Assembly (NCBI GenBank): GCA_964016885.1
Contig: OZ024757.1
Coordinates: 18,972,001 to 19,036,000, forward strand
Source of the DNA: Eledone cirrhosa
Lineage: Eukaryota
DNA length: 64,000 nucleotides
Reading direction: 5' to 3'
Shown: in pieces, positions 38,797 to 52,117 of the stretch
Numbering within the stretch: the stretch's first letter is position 1
Layout of the letters: each line of letters opens with the position of its first letter
Position numbers and translations under genes: made by a program
The notes under the pieces: generated by a model
The model's input: only the letters and a program-made list of their open reading frames with translations
Told to the model about the DNA's origin: nothing
Database searches by the model: none

Positions 38797-41700
38797 CAGT
38801 GATTCCCAACGTGGGGCGCACGCCACACAGGGGAGCAATTTGAATATTGAGAGGGGGGGGGGGCAATTTGAAAATGATGCTAATGAGAGCAAACTTCAGG
38901 TTTTAACTTATTACTTTTACACCAAGGCAACTATGGTAGACATTACTGTCAGAAACTCCTGTCTCACCTCCTCCACATGTTATTGTACATCTGGCATCAC
39001 CTACACCAAGGTAACTTTGGTAGACATTACTGTCAGAAACTCCTGTCTCACCTCCTCCACACATGTTATTGTACATCTGGCATCACCTATACCAAGGTAA
39101 CTTTGGTAGACATTACTGTCAGAAACTCCTGTCTCACCTCCTCCACATGTGTTATTGTACATCTGACACCACCTATACCAAGGCAACTATGGTAGACATT
39201 ACTGTCAGAAACTCCTGTCTCACCTCCACATGTTATTGTACATCTGACACCACCTATACCAAGGCAACTATGGTAGACATTACTGTCAGAAACTCCTGTC
39301 TCACCTCCTCCATACATGTTATTGTACACCTGACATCACCTATACCAAGGTAACTTTGGTAGACATTACTGTCAGAAACTCCTGTCTCACCTCCTCCACA
39401 TGTTATTGTACACCTGACACCACCTATACCAAGGTAACTTTGGTAGACATTACTGTCAGAAACTCCTGTCTCACCTCCTCCACATGTTATTGTACATCTG
39501 ACACCACCTATACTAAGGCAACTTTGGTAGACATTACTGTCAGAAACTCCTGTCTCACCTCCTCCACATGTTATTGTACATCTGACACCACCTATACCAA
39601 GGTAACTTTGGTAGACATTACAGTCAGAAACTCCTGTCTCACCTCCCCCACATGTATTATTGTACATCTGACACCACCTATACCAATGTAACTTTGGTAG
39701 ACATTACTGTCAGAAACTCCTGTCTCACCTCCTCCACATGTTATTGTACATCTGGTATCACCTATACCAAGGTAACTATGGTAGACATTACTGTCAGAAA
39801 CTCCTGTCTCACCTCCTCCATATGTTATTGTACATCTGACACCACCTATACCAAGGTAACTTTGGTAGACATTACTGTCAGAAACTCCTGTCTCACCTCC
39901 TCCACACATATTATTGTATATCTGACATCACCTATACCAAGGTAACTTTGGTAGACATTACTGCCAGAAACTCCTGTCTCACCTCCTCCACATGTTATTG
40001 TACATCTGACACCACCTATACCAAGGTAACTTTGGCAGACATTACTGTCAGAAACTCCTGTCTCACCTCCTCCACATGTGTTATTGTACACCTGACAACA
40101 CCTATACCAATGTAACTTTGGTAGACATTACTGCCAGAAACTCCTGTCTCACCTCCTCCACATGTTATTGTACATCTGACACCACCTATACCAAGGTAAC
40201 TTTGGCAGACATTACTGTCAGAAACTCCTGTCTCACCTCCTCCACATGTGTTATTGTACACCTGACAACACCTATACCAATGTAACTTTGGTAGACATTA
40301 CTGCCAGAAACTCCTGTCTCACCTCCTCCACATGTTATTGTACACCTGACAACACCTATACCAATGTAACTTTGGTAGACATTACTGCCAGAAACTCCTG
40401 TCTCACCTCCTCCACATGTTATTGTACATCTGACACCACCTATACCAAGGTAACTTTGGTAGACATTACTGTCAGAAACTCCTGTCTCACCTCCTCCACA
40501 TGTTATTGTACATCTGACACCACCTATACCAAGGCAACTTTGGTAGACATTACTGTCAGAAACTCCTGTCTCACCTCCTCCACATGTTATTGTACATCTG
40601 GTATCACCTATACCAAGGCAACTATGGTAGACATTACTGTCAGAAGCTCCTGTCTCACCTCCTCCATATGTTATTGTACCTCTGGTACCACCTATACCAA
40701 GGTAACTTTGGTAGACATTACTGTCAGAAACTCCTGTCTCACCTCTTCCACATGTTATTGTACATCTGGTATCGCCTATACCAAGGCAACTATGGTACAC
40801 ATTACTGTCAGAAACTCCTGTCTCACCTCCTCCACATGTTATTGTACACCTGAGATCACCTATACCAAGGCAACTTTGGTAGACATTACTGTCAGAAACT
40901 CCTGTCTCACCTCCTCCACATGTTATTGTACATCTGGTATCATCTATACCAAGGCAACTATGGTACACATTACTGTCAGAAACTCCTGTCTCACCTCCTC
41001 CACATGTTATTGTACATCTGACACCACCTATACCAAGGTAACTTTGGCAGACATTACTGTCAGAAACTCCTGTCTCACCTCCTCCACATGTGTTATTGTA
41101 CACCTGACAACACCTATACCAATGTAACTTTGGTAGACATTACTGCCAGAAACTCCTGTCTCACCTCCTCCACATGTTATTGTACACCTGACAACACCTA
41201 CACCAAGGCAACTATGGTAGACATTACTGTCAGAAACTCCTGTCTCACCTCCTCCACATGTGTTATTGTACATCTGACATCACCTATACCAAGGCAACTT
41301 TGGTAGACATTAGTGTCAGAAACTCCTGTCTCACCTCCTCCATATGTTATTGTACATCTGACACCACCTATACCAAGGTAACTTTGGTAGACATTACTGT
41401 CAGAAACTCCTGTCTCACCTCCTCCACACATGTTATTGTATATCTGACATCACCTATACCAAGGTAACTTTGGTAGACATTACTGTCAGAAACTTCTGTC
41501 TCACCTCCTCCACATGTTATTGTACATCTGACATCACCTATACCAAGGTAACTTTGGTAGACATTACTGTCAGATACTCCTGTCTCACCTCCTCCACATG
41601 TTATTGTACATCTGACACCACCTATACCAAGGCAACTTTGGTAGACATTACTGTCAGAAACTCCTGTCTCACCTCCCCCACATGTTATTGTACATCTGAC

Positions 41701-43260
41701 ATCACCTATACCAAGGTAACTTTGGTAGACATTACTGTCAGATACTCCTGTCTCACCTCCTCCACATGTTATTGTACACCTGACATCACCTATACCAAGG
41801 CAACTATGGTACACATTACTGTCAGATACTCCTGTCTCACCTCCTCCACACAGGTTATTGTACATCTGACACCACCTATACCAAGGCATCTATGGTAGAC
41901 ATTACTGTCAGAAACTCCTGTCTCACCTCCTCCACACATGTTATTGTACATCTGACATCACCTACACCAAGGTAACTTTGGTAGACATTACTGTCAGAAA
42001 CTCTTGTCTCACCTCCTCCACATGTTATTGTACATCTGACACCACCTATACCAAGGCAACTTTGGTAGACATTACTGTCAGAAACTCCTGTCTCACCTCC
42101 TCCACATGTTATTGTACATCTGGTATCACCTATACCAAGGCAACTATGGTAGACATTACTGTCAGAAGCTCCTGTCTCACCTCCTCCATATGTTATTGTA
42201 CCTCTGGTACCACCTATACCAAGGTAACTTTGGTAGACATTACTGTCAGAAACTCCTGTCTCACCTCTTCCACATGTTATTGTACATCTGGTATCGCCTA
42301 TACCAAGGCAACTATGGTACACATTACTGTCAGAAACTCCTGTCTCACCTCCTCCACATGTTATTGTACACCTGAGATCACCTATACCAAGGCAACTTTG
42401 GTAGACATTACTGTCAGAAACTCCTGTCTCACCTCCTCCACATGTTATTGTACATCTGGTATCACCTATACCAAGGCAACTATGGTACACATTACTGTCA
42501 GAAACTCCTGTCTCGCCTCCTCCACATGTTATTGTACATCTGACACCACCTATACCAAGGTAACTTTGGCAGACATTACTGTCAGAAACTCCTGTCTCAC
42601 CTCCTCCACATGTGTTATTGTACACCTGACAACACCTATACCAATGTAACTTTGGTAGACATTACTGCCAGAAACTCCTGTCTCACCTCCTCCACATGTT
42701 ATTGTACACCTGACAACACCTATACCAATGTAACTTTGGTAGACATTACTGCCAGAAACTCCTGTCTCACCTCCTCCACATGTTATTGTACACCTGACAA
42801 CACCTATACCAATGTAACTTTGGTAGACATTACTGCCAGAAACTCCTGTCTCACCTCCTCCACATGTGTTATTGTACACCTGACAACACCTATACCAATG
42901 TAACTTTGTTAGACATTACTGCCAGAAACTCCTGTCTCACCTCCTCCACATGTTATTGTACACCTGACAACACCTATACCAATGTAACTTTGGTAGACAT
43001 TACTGCCAGAAACTCCTGTCTCACCTCCTCCACATGTTATTGTACACCTGACATCACCTATACCAATGTAACTTTGGTAGACATTACTGCCAGAAACTCC
43101 TGTCTCACCTCCTCCACATGTTATTGTACATCTGGCATCACTCCTACACCAATTTATTTACACTTTGCAGTTCATCATCGCTGTTTTTATATCAAAGTGG
43201 GGCATAAAATATTTGAGATGTTGATGTGTGGCCTGGGACACAAATGGTTGGGAACCACTG
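38797..43260. mobile_element. hAT-type non-autonomous element containing an 84-bp satellite
   Basis: TIRs CAGTGATTCCCAAC / GTTGGGAACCACTG (13 of 14 match); 8-bp flanks CTCTAAAC / TCCTAAAC. Confidence 0.7.
38918..43152. repeat. 84-bp tandem satellite, ~50 copies
   Basis: Unit ACCAAGGTAACTTTGGTAGACATTACTGTCAGAAACTCCTGTCTCACCTCCTCCACATGTTATTGTACATCTGACACCACCTAT. Confidence 0.97.
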
Positions 43261-43834
43261 TCCTAAACATACGCGAAAGCAGCCATCTTTAAGCTAGCAT
43301 ACCTTCAAAATTCAAAATTTGCTCATCCGTTTTTAACCGTTTAGTTACCAACCTGGTCAAAACCAACTATGGTTCTATGAAATAAAATCACCCATTTTAA
43401 AGGTTTCCAAATTAAATTATAAAATCTTCCAACATAATTCTATAAAAGAACCTGACATTAAGTTACTATGTTAGTAATGAAATAATTAATAGTTTTAGTA
43501 AATATTTCAAGGACGGAAACTATTAAATCGTTATTGTTTCTAATACATTTTCAATATATCGTTAATACAAGATGGCCAAAATCTCTAAGGGAAATAACTC
43601 TCCCTGTAAATTATCTTAAACATTAAATTTGGAGTAACGTCCCTTGCCTTATAAAAATATTTCGAGCTATTTTCAGGCATGTATCTTTCGTTCTTCCAGG
43701 GTCGATAAAATGAAGTACCAGTTAAGTACTGGGGTTGATATTATCAACGTGCCCCTTTCCCTAAATTGCTACATTTGTGACAAGGTTAGAAAGAATTATT
43801 ATTTGCACAGGACATCTCTTTGTTGTTTAGTTTT

Positions 43835-44062
43835 GCAAGAGATGTCAACATGAATGGACGTGTTATTTTTGTCTAAAGACATTTTGTCCAATTCCAACCC
43901 GCCCGTCCCCTCAGTCTATCTTATTTCTCATTCTTTCTTCTTATGAAGGACTAGCGTCCGAAAAGTTAAGACCCTCTTCCTGCTATATCAAGCGTTAACC
44001 TAATATATCCCTTCCATATACTGTACCGATTGTGTTGTTATTTCTGTTTACCTTTTACATAA
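43835..44062 (+). mobile_element. PLE pLTR fragment with mutated hammerhead (43936-43971)
   Basis: Copy of 60920-61145; core reads CUUAUGA and GAAAAGUU. Confidence 0.65.
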
Positions 44063-44094
<32 letters not shown>

Positions 44095-44096
<2 letters not shown>

Positions 44097-44490
44097 CAAA
44101 GAAAGTATGGTAAGATACCAGATGGACCATAACGCACCAGAGTACTAAATACTTAGGGTAGTAGAGTGGGTAATAGAAAAAGAATCAGGACCCCGACGGC
44201 TGAGCTCCGGCCGTTTCGACAGCTAGATCCGAACTCGGATCTAGTTGTCGAAACGGCCGGAGCTCAGCCGTCAGGGTCCTTAATTCTTCCCCATAAATAT
44301 ATATATACATATACGAAGGAAGTGTCGTAAAGAACCAGGGGGACAATAACGCACCAGAGTACTCAATACTTAGGGTAGTAGAGTGGGCAGAGCTCAAGCC
44401 GTTTCGACGGCTATTTGTGGACAGTCCAGAAATAGCCGTCGAAACGGCTTGAGCTCTGTCGTCGGGGTCTTGAACAATTTCTTATATAGA
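44095..44490. mobile_element. PLE-like fragments forming two hairpins with hammerhead 3' halves
   Basis: Inverted repeats 44182-44286 and 44386-44460; GAAACGGC...GCCGUC^; relative at 10710-10880. Confidence 0.55.
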
Positions 44491-44800
44491 TATATATATA
44501 TACATACATACGCACTCACATATATATATGTATATATGTGTGTGATTGCACAGTTGCATACACACACACACTCACATATACATATGTGAGTGTGTATATA
44601 TATACAATCGTTTATATGTAATACGTTGTGTGTTGTTATATATTGTTTTGTTTGTTCACTGTTCCTTGTGTTATTTAAATGTTTGGATCTCTCCCTCCCC
44701 CTCTCTCTATTTCCTTCTTTCACTATCTCTCTATTTCCTTCTTTCACTATCTCTCTCTTTATTTCCATCATTCCCTCTCTATTTCCTTTTTTCTTTCTCC

Positions 44801-44832
<32 letters not shown>

Positions 44833-44859
44833 TTCTCTCTCCCTCTCTCTCTCTTTCTC

Positions 44860-44912
<53 letters not shown>

Positions 44913-45387
44913 TACTCTCTCTCTCTCTCTCCTACAACGGCAACCAAATATTTTCAATGCTTCTAGTACCACAACCAATACCACCGCCATCAATATTGTC
45001 ACAAACACCAATGTTACAACCACCACCACTACCACTACCTACACTACCACCGCTGCCACTACTACAATCACCAACCACCACTACTACCACCGCCACTACT
45101 ACAATCACCAACCACCACTACTACCACCGCCACTACTACAATCACCACCACTACTACAACCACCAACACCACTACCACTACCACCACCATCAATACCACC
45201 ACCACCACATCTACCAACACTACTACCACCACCACCACCTTCACCTTATCATATTGACCCTCCACTTAGAAATATCCTGTTCTCTATTTAGGATTGTCTC
45301 ACCACTAACTTTATGTCCTGGTGATTGTGTTTTGTCGTGACTGTATCATAGACATATATGCATACACACATAACACATATATATATA

Positions 45388-46269
45388 CAGGGTGCGGACG
45401 ATATTTGTTCGCAATTTTCAACTGCTAATTTTATGCAAATTTTTTTAATTTCCATTGTCACTCTTGTCTTCGTAAAATCAGTGACTATATTTCCATTATT
45501 TATTTTCAGAATAATTGATTATGAATAATTTTGAACCTCCAAATTTGTGGAAGAGACACGGAGTTCTTCTTGGAATCCGTGCCGGGAGGACAAATAAGAG
45601 CAGAAGATCAACTCCCAGAACAACAAGTGGCTCGCTGTCTCATCCAAAGACGTGCCCAGAGTCATGCAGACAAAGTTTCCAGCGACAACATTGGTCTTAG
45701 GTGTCGTCAGCAGTCAAGGTGACGTCATGCCACCTAACTTCTTCCCTGAGGGCCTCAAGCTCAACACCGATGGCTACATCCACGTTCTGAGCGAGGTAGT
45801 CAAGTCCTGGATCAACCAGTTAGCTGCAAATAGGCCATACGTGTGGCAGCAAGACTCAGCGCCCTGCCATACCAGCCGAAAGACCCAAGCCCGGCTGTCA
45901 GAGAACTTCGTCGACCACACTTCACCTGACATCTGGCCTCCCAGCTCGCATGACTGCAACCTTCTCAACTTCTTTGTGTTTGGCGCAGTGGAACGAGACA
46001 CCAACAGATCTAGCTGCAATACAAAAGACGATCTGAAGGCCAGGATCACAAGTGGCTTTAGGCGCCTAAGTCGGGGGACAGTGACGAAGGCCTGTAGCCG
46101 GTTCCGAGGCCGTCATCAAAGCCAATGGCGGGTTTATCGAGTGAGATCGAAAGAACAAGTCATGAAGACACACTGACACAAGTTTGATAAATAAATCTTT
46201 AAGAAATAAAACTACTGTGTTATCTTTTCCTTGACAGTAATCTTGCGAACAAATATCGTCCACACCCTG
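45388..46269 (+). mobile_element. Tc1/mariner DD37D (maT) deletion derivative
   Basis: 27-bp TIRs CAGGGTGCGGACGATATTTGTTCGCAA, TA flanks; WQQDSAPCH...WPPSSHDCNLLN; internal deletion. Confidence 0.9.
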
Positions 46270-46358
46270 TATATATATATATATATATGAGTGAGAGAGA
46301 GATACTTATATATATATATAAAAGAAGAAATTAAAAGATCGTTAAAGAAGTTCCATAT

Positions 46359-46426
46359 ATTTTATTATGCGCATTTCGAAAAAATCATCATCCTGGGATA
46401 AAAATTGTGTTCTCATCAGATAAAAT
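46359..46426 (-). ncRNA. Type I hammerhead ribozyme motif
   Basis: Reverse complement: AUUUUAU-CUGAUGA-long stem II-GAA-AUGCGCAU-A^AUAAAAU. Confidence 0.65.
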
Positions 46427-46669
46427 AGTGCTACTGATATATGCATAGTTTTATTGTTCTACAATATTACTCACCTTCTACATATATATATATATGTTTG
46501 TTTACATGTCTCGGTCGCTTCACCCTATTCTACGTGTCCCAATAACTTTCTTTAGTTATTGCTCGCACCAACCAGAGGTATATGATCTTTAAAGTGATGA
46601 AATACCAATGAAGGCTGGAAGATCACTGATGAAGGACTAATTTTATATATATATATACACACATATTTG

Positions 46670-46700
<31 letters not shown>

Positions 46701-46744
46701 TCATTTATATATAAGAACAAAAGATGGTTAAAGGAGTTCCATGT

Positions 46745-46813
46745 ATTTTATTATGCGCATTTCAAAAACAAATATCAACATGCAATAATATTTGTGTTTT
46801 CATCAGATAAAAC
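46745..46813 (-). ncRNA. Type I hammerhead ribozyme motif (left arm of inverted repeat)
   Basis: Reverse complement: GUUUUAU-CUGAUGA-AAACACAAAUAUUA...UGAUAUUUGUUUUU-GAA-AUGCGCAU-A^AUAAAAU. Confidence 0.7.
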
Positions 46814-46900
46814 AGGAGGACATGATATGAAGGCTAAAAAACACTTGTGGATAGTTCAGTTTTAAATCAATATGTTTATTTAAAACTGAACTATCCACAA

Positions 46901-46969
46901 GTGTTATCTGATGAAAACACAAATATTATTGCATGATGATATTTGTTTTTGAAATGCGCATAATAAAAT
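46901..46969 (+). ncRNA. Type I hammerhead ribozyme motif (right arm of inverted repeat)
   Basis: UUAU-CUGAUGA-AAACACAAAUAUUAU...AUGAUAUUUGUUUUU-GAA-AUGCGCAU-A^AUAA. Confidence 0.7.
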
Positions 46970-47107
46970 ACATGGAACTCCTTTAACCATCTTTTGTTCT
47001 TATATATTATGTATACTCCAGTCCTACAAACTGTAGAGTGCTTCTTATCCGATATCTGCATTGCTTTATTGTACTACAGTAAAACTCACCTCCTACATAT
47101 ATTCATT

Positions 47108-47139
<32 letters not shown>

Positions 47140-47319
47140 TATGTGTGTGTGTATGTGTATATATGTATATGTATGCATATATATGCATATATAAGTATGT
47201 CTATATATATATGTATATGTGTATGTATGCATATATATGCATATATAAGTATGTCTATATATATATATATATATGTGTGTGTGCATGTGTATATATGTAT
47301 ATATATGTATATGTGTATG

Positions 47320-47555
47320 TGGCATGACGTCACCTTGACTGCTGACGACACCTAAGACCAATGTTGTCGCTGGAAACTTTGTCTGCATGACTCTGGGCAC
47401 GTTTTGGGATGAGACAGCGAGCCACTTGTTGTTCTGGGAGTTGATCTTCTGGTCTTATTTGTCCTCCCGGCACGGATTCCAAGAAGAACTCCGTGTCTCT
47501 TCCACAAATTTGGAGGTTCAAAATTATTCATAATCAATTATTCTGAAAATAAATA
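47320..47555 (-). mobile_element. Fragment of the same maT element
   Basis: Reverse complement of ~45497-45733. Confidence 0.85.
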
Positions 47556-47640
47556 TATGTGTGTGTGTTTATATATGTGTGTGTGTTATATATATATATA
47601 TGTATGTATATTATATATGTGTGTGTGTGTGTGTGTATAT

Positions 47641-47672
<32 letters not shown>

Positions 47673-47794
47673 GTGTGTGTGTATATATATCTGTGTGTGT
47701 ACAGGATATCCGTAAATAAAAGGTCAAGGAAAACAATACTGAATCTACTGCAAGTGATCTTATTTATTGTAAATAAAGTTCTATACTCTTAACA

Positions 47795-47895
47795 GCTACC
47801 ACCCTACTAATACTACCACCCTACCAATACTACCGTCCTACCAATACTACCGTCCTACCAATACTACCACCCTACCAATACTACCATCCTACCAT
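47795..47895. repeat. 17-bp tandem repeat
   Basis: CTACCAATACTACCACC, about 6 units. Confidence 0.85.
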
Positions 47896-48711
47896 ATCTA
47901 CATGTATATATACCTGCGTATAATATCAATATACACACTACACATGCTAGCAGAAAACCACCTGAATGGTGGTTTTTCTGCTAGTTATATATAATATAAT
48001 ATATAATATAATATATAATTGTTTCTACCTTTGGTACAAGGCCAGCAATTATCCCAGTGCATTACTGGTACTTTATTTTATCGACCCCGTAAGGATGAAA
48101 GGCAAAGCTAACCTCGGGGGGGATTTATATAATGTAATATAATATAAATTATGCTATGTTATCTACTTATATATATAACCAGCAATTTCTCTGTCTGTCT
48201 GTCTGACAGTGGAAACACGTGCGTAGAGAGAGAGTGAGAGTGAAGAAAGAGACAGACTACGAGAGGGGGATAGCGAGAGGGAGAGAGAGAGAGAGTGAAT
48301 AGACGCTAAAACACATGCTACAGAAACATTACCTTCCCCTCTCCACTGACTTTGGTCACTGAGGCCGAGGGAATTGCGCTGAGCACGTCATAATGACATA
48401 ATGCAGACAGCCAGACATACAGACAGATATTATAAGGGCGCAACGTTATATCTATGTATCTATCTAAAAAGAAAGACTAAGAATTATATAGAGAGAACGC
48501 TAAATCGCCTAATGCGGTCCCTAGGGCATTGAAAATTTGAAATAATTCTTGCTCAAAACACTCACAGGACCATAAGTATTACATGTCTAAAGTTTGAAAA
48601 CAATCGGTTGGATGATTCTCAAGTTTTAGTGAGCTGACAGACAGACAGACATTCTCTGTTTTAGATATATAGACTAGCAGAAAACCGCCGCCGGGTGGTT
48701 TTCTGCTAGTC

Positions 48712-50267
48712 TCTATATATATAAAACGGAAGATGTCTGTCTGTGTGTATGATTTCCACATTTCTCTACCGATTTTGATGATTTTTTTTCCAATGTGCTC
48801 CAAATTTACCAACGATGGTCAACGCGTAATAAACTTTGCCTAACATTTCCTGCTTCTATGAAAAAAATCGATAAAACTAAATACATGCCGTAACGCTCTC
48901 TCTTACACGCTTAATGCCTCTCTCTACTACCCTCAACAATCTATGAAACTACATACATGTTGCAACTCTCTTTAAAAGGTTCATCTTTCCCTCTACTCGC
49001 CTCTCAATCTCCTCTGCAACTCTCTTTAAAGGGTTAATGCCTCCCTCTATTACCCTATCAACGCAACATAAACTTTGAAAACTAAGCAACGCATCAATTT
49101 ATACAGCAACAAACATAGCTTTACTCTCTCCGTCGCTCTTCCCTATCTCTCTATAATAGATTATTCCTCCTCTCTATAATTTAACTGCTTTACTATCTTC
49201 ATGCTTTGAGGTTTAACACACCTCCCTATAGTTTCTTAGCTTTACTCTCTCTGTCGCTCTTCCCTCTCTCTCTCTCTATAATAGATCATTCCCCCTCTCT
49301 ATAATTTAACTGCTTTACTCTCTCTGTCACTCTTCACTCTCTATATGACAACACTGTTTTACACACCTCCCTATAGTTTCTTAGCTTTACTCTCTCCATT
49401 GCTCTTCCCTCTCTCTATAATAGATTATTCCCCCTCTCTATAATTTAACTGCTGGGGGAGTCATTGGAGTTATGTATTGACATACGGCTTTTCTGGGGCA
49501 TTTTAAATCGGCTCATTGCAAATAACAGCCTGCAAAATAACACTTCAGATAACAGATTAATGCTATAGACATATGAATCGGAATGTTTAAATTATTTATT
49601 TTTTACGACTTTAATTGGTTAAATATTAATATGACAACACCCATAGTGTTGTACTTCTGGCAATTCTGCCGAATACACTGCCAAGGATGAACCGTTTCCC
49701 CTCAGCGTCAGATACCCCGTTCGATTTCCGGCGATCCCAATTCCCAGTGAGACCATGTTTTGCCATGTCCATTAATAAGTCACAAGGGCAAACATTGTCG
49801 GTGGCGGGCATCCATTTGGGGGAGCCATGCTTCTCCCATGGCCAACTTTATGTTGTCTGTTCCCACGTAGGGAGTAGGAATGGACTTTTTGCTTACACTC
49901 CTCAAGGGATGACACGCAATATCGTCTACAAAGAGGTGCTATAGATGTTGGTGCAGGTGTTGGAGGTGTTGGAGCTATACCGTCTGGAAAACTATTTCCT
50001 GGCAGCGTCATCCATGGCGGACAGATCTGACACCCAGCGGCATCAGGGCCACCATCTTGCAACTTTGGTCTACTAAATTCGCTATTGGAAGATTATTAAC
50101 CCATCATTGATTGTCCAAAATGCTAATTGGTTCGTAACTTTTAATAACCGGTTCAACTGCTTTATGCACTTAATTGATAAGCTTATTCGCTTTCAAGCCA
50201 CGTTTACCTGTATGTAACTTTTCATAGCAAATGAACAAACCCGAGCAACGCCGAGCTAAACTGCTAG
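48712..50267 (+). mobile_element. Non-autonomous Helitron with PIF1 helicase C-terminal fragment (49700-49944)
   Basis: TCTATATATATAAAAC start; FRRSQFPVRPCFAMSINKSQGQTL...FSHGQLYV; end CCCGAGCAACGCCGAG...CTAG|T. Confidence 0.8.
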
Positions 50268-50269
50268 TA

Positions 50270-50547
50270 TTATATATTATATTATGTATTATATTATATT
50301 ATATTATGTATTATATTATATTATATTATATTATGTATTATATTATATTATATTATGTATTATATTATATTATATTATATTATGTATTATATTATATTAT
50401 ATTATATTATATTATGTATTATATTATATTATGTATTATATTATATTATATTATGTATTATATTATATTATGTATTATATTATATTATATTATATATTAT
50501 ATTATATTATATTATGTATTATATTATATTATATTATGTATTATATT
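50270..50547. repeat. (TATTA/TATGT)n pentanucleotide tract
   Basis: Direct reading. Confidence 0.95.
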
Positions 50548-51188
50548 GGGCTGTGAATTGGCAGTATCGGTAGAGGGTCGGACGCCATGCTTTTGACGCA
50601 TAGAGTTATGGCCCTTGCCATTCTGAGTTCAAATCCCGCCGAGGTTAACTTTGCCTTTCATCCTTACGGAGTCGATAAAATAAAGTACCAGTAATGCACT
50701 GGGTAATTGCTGGCCTTGTGCCTAAAGTAGAAACAATTATATATTATATTATGCATTATGCTATGTCAATATGTATGAACGGCCAAGGTTTGATGAGTTG
50801 AGAGAGAAACTGTTTTTCTGCTAATATAGTGTAATGGGTTACACACTAATAATAATAATTGGTTCTACTTCTGGCACAAGGCCAGCAATAACCCAGTGTA
50901 TTACTGGTACTTTATTTTATCGACCCCATAAGGATGAAAGGCAAAGTTAACCTCGGCGGGATTTGAACTCAGAATGGCAATAATAATAATAATTATAATA
51001 ATTGTTTCTACTTTAGGCACAAGGCCAGCAATTACCCAGTGCATTACTGGTACTTTATTTTATCGACCCCGTAAGGATGAAAGGCAAAGTCAACCTCGGC
51101 GGGATTTGAACTCAGATCGTAAAGGGACGTAACAATGCTGGAAAGCATGGCGTCCGACCCTCCACCGATACTGCCAATCCACCGCCCT
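50548..51188. mobile_element. Cluster of SINE family B copies (50548-50740 +; 50855-50980 -; 51000-51188 -)
   Basis: Same consensus in opposite orientations. Confidence 0.8.
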
Positions 51189-51206
51189 ACGTATAATAAT
51201 TATAAT

Positions 51207-51695
51207 AATGAGCATAAGCCAGAGGCGGTGATAGAAAACGATCAGGTGAAGATGCTGTGGGATTTTAGGATACAGACGGACAAGAAACTGGAACACAATA
51301 GACCTGACCTGGTGGTTGTGGACAAAGAAAAAAGATCATGCCTGATTGTGGATGTGGCCTGCCCATTCGACACGAGAGTGCAAGAGAAGGAGAGGGAGAA
51401 AATTAACCGATACCAGGACTTAAAGTGGGAGGTAAAAAGGATTTGGAACTGCCATGAAGTCAAAGTGATCCCGATTGTCATAGGTGCACTGGGGACTAGC
51501 TCAAAAAGTTTCCAGGGATGGTTAAAGAAAATTGGCCCCCTCACGCTTTTTGGAACTCTTCAAAAGGCATGCTTGCTGGGAACAGCAAGAACCCTCCGAT
51601 ACGTCCTGAATATCTGAGGCTGCAGATAGTGGCTTGATATTCATTTCAACAGACTTTCCAGTTAACTAACATCAATGACTGAGACTGAAAGAGTA
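51207..51695 (+). mobile_element. R4/Dong-like non-LTR retrotransposon 3' fragment (restriction-like endonuclease)
   Basis: LWDFRIQTD...NRPDLVVVDK...IVDVACPFD...EKINRYQDL...PIVIGALG; flanked by (TAA)n; second 3' piece at 51918-52070. Confidence 0.85.
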
Positions 51696-51699
51696 ATAA

Positions 51700-51890
51700 T
51701 AATTGTTTCTACTTTAGGCACAAGGCCAGCAATTACCCAGTGTATTACTGGTACTTTATTTTATCGACCCTGTAAGGATGAAAGGCAAAGTCAACCTCGG
51801 CGGGATTTGAACTCAGATCGTAAAGGGACGTAACTATGCTGGAAAGCATGGCGTCCGACTCTCTACCGATACTGCCAATACACCGCCCTT
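51700..51890 (-). mobile_element. SINE family B
   Basis: Full copy including head. Confidence 0.8.
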
Positions 51891-52117
51891 GAAAGAGTAA
51901 TAATAATAATAATAATACACGCTTTTTGGAACGCTTCAAAAGGCATGCTTGCTGGGAACAGCAAGAACCCTCCGATAAGTCCTGAATATCTGAGGCTGCA
52001 GGTAGTGGCTTGATATTCATTTCAACAAACTTTCCAGTTAACTAACATCAATGACTGAGACTCAAAGAATAATAATAATAATAATAATTATAACAATAAT
52101 AATTATAATAATAATAA

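Noticed and set aside
38918-43152. 28-aa repeat protein or CRISPR array
   Set aside because: Frames are broken repeatedly by 2-bp indels; no unique spacers; eukaryotic context inside a MITE
49687-49944. Host PIF1 helicase gene
   Set aside because: Only the C-terminal fragment, inside Helitron termini
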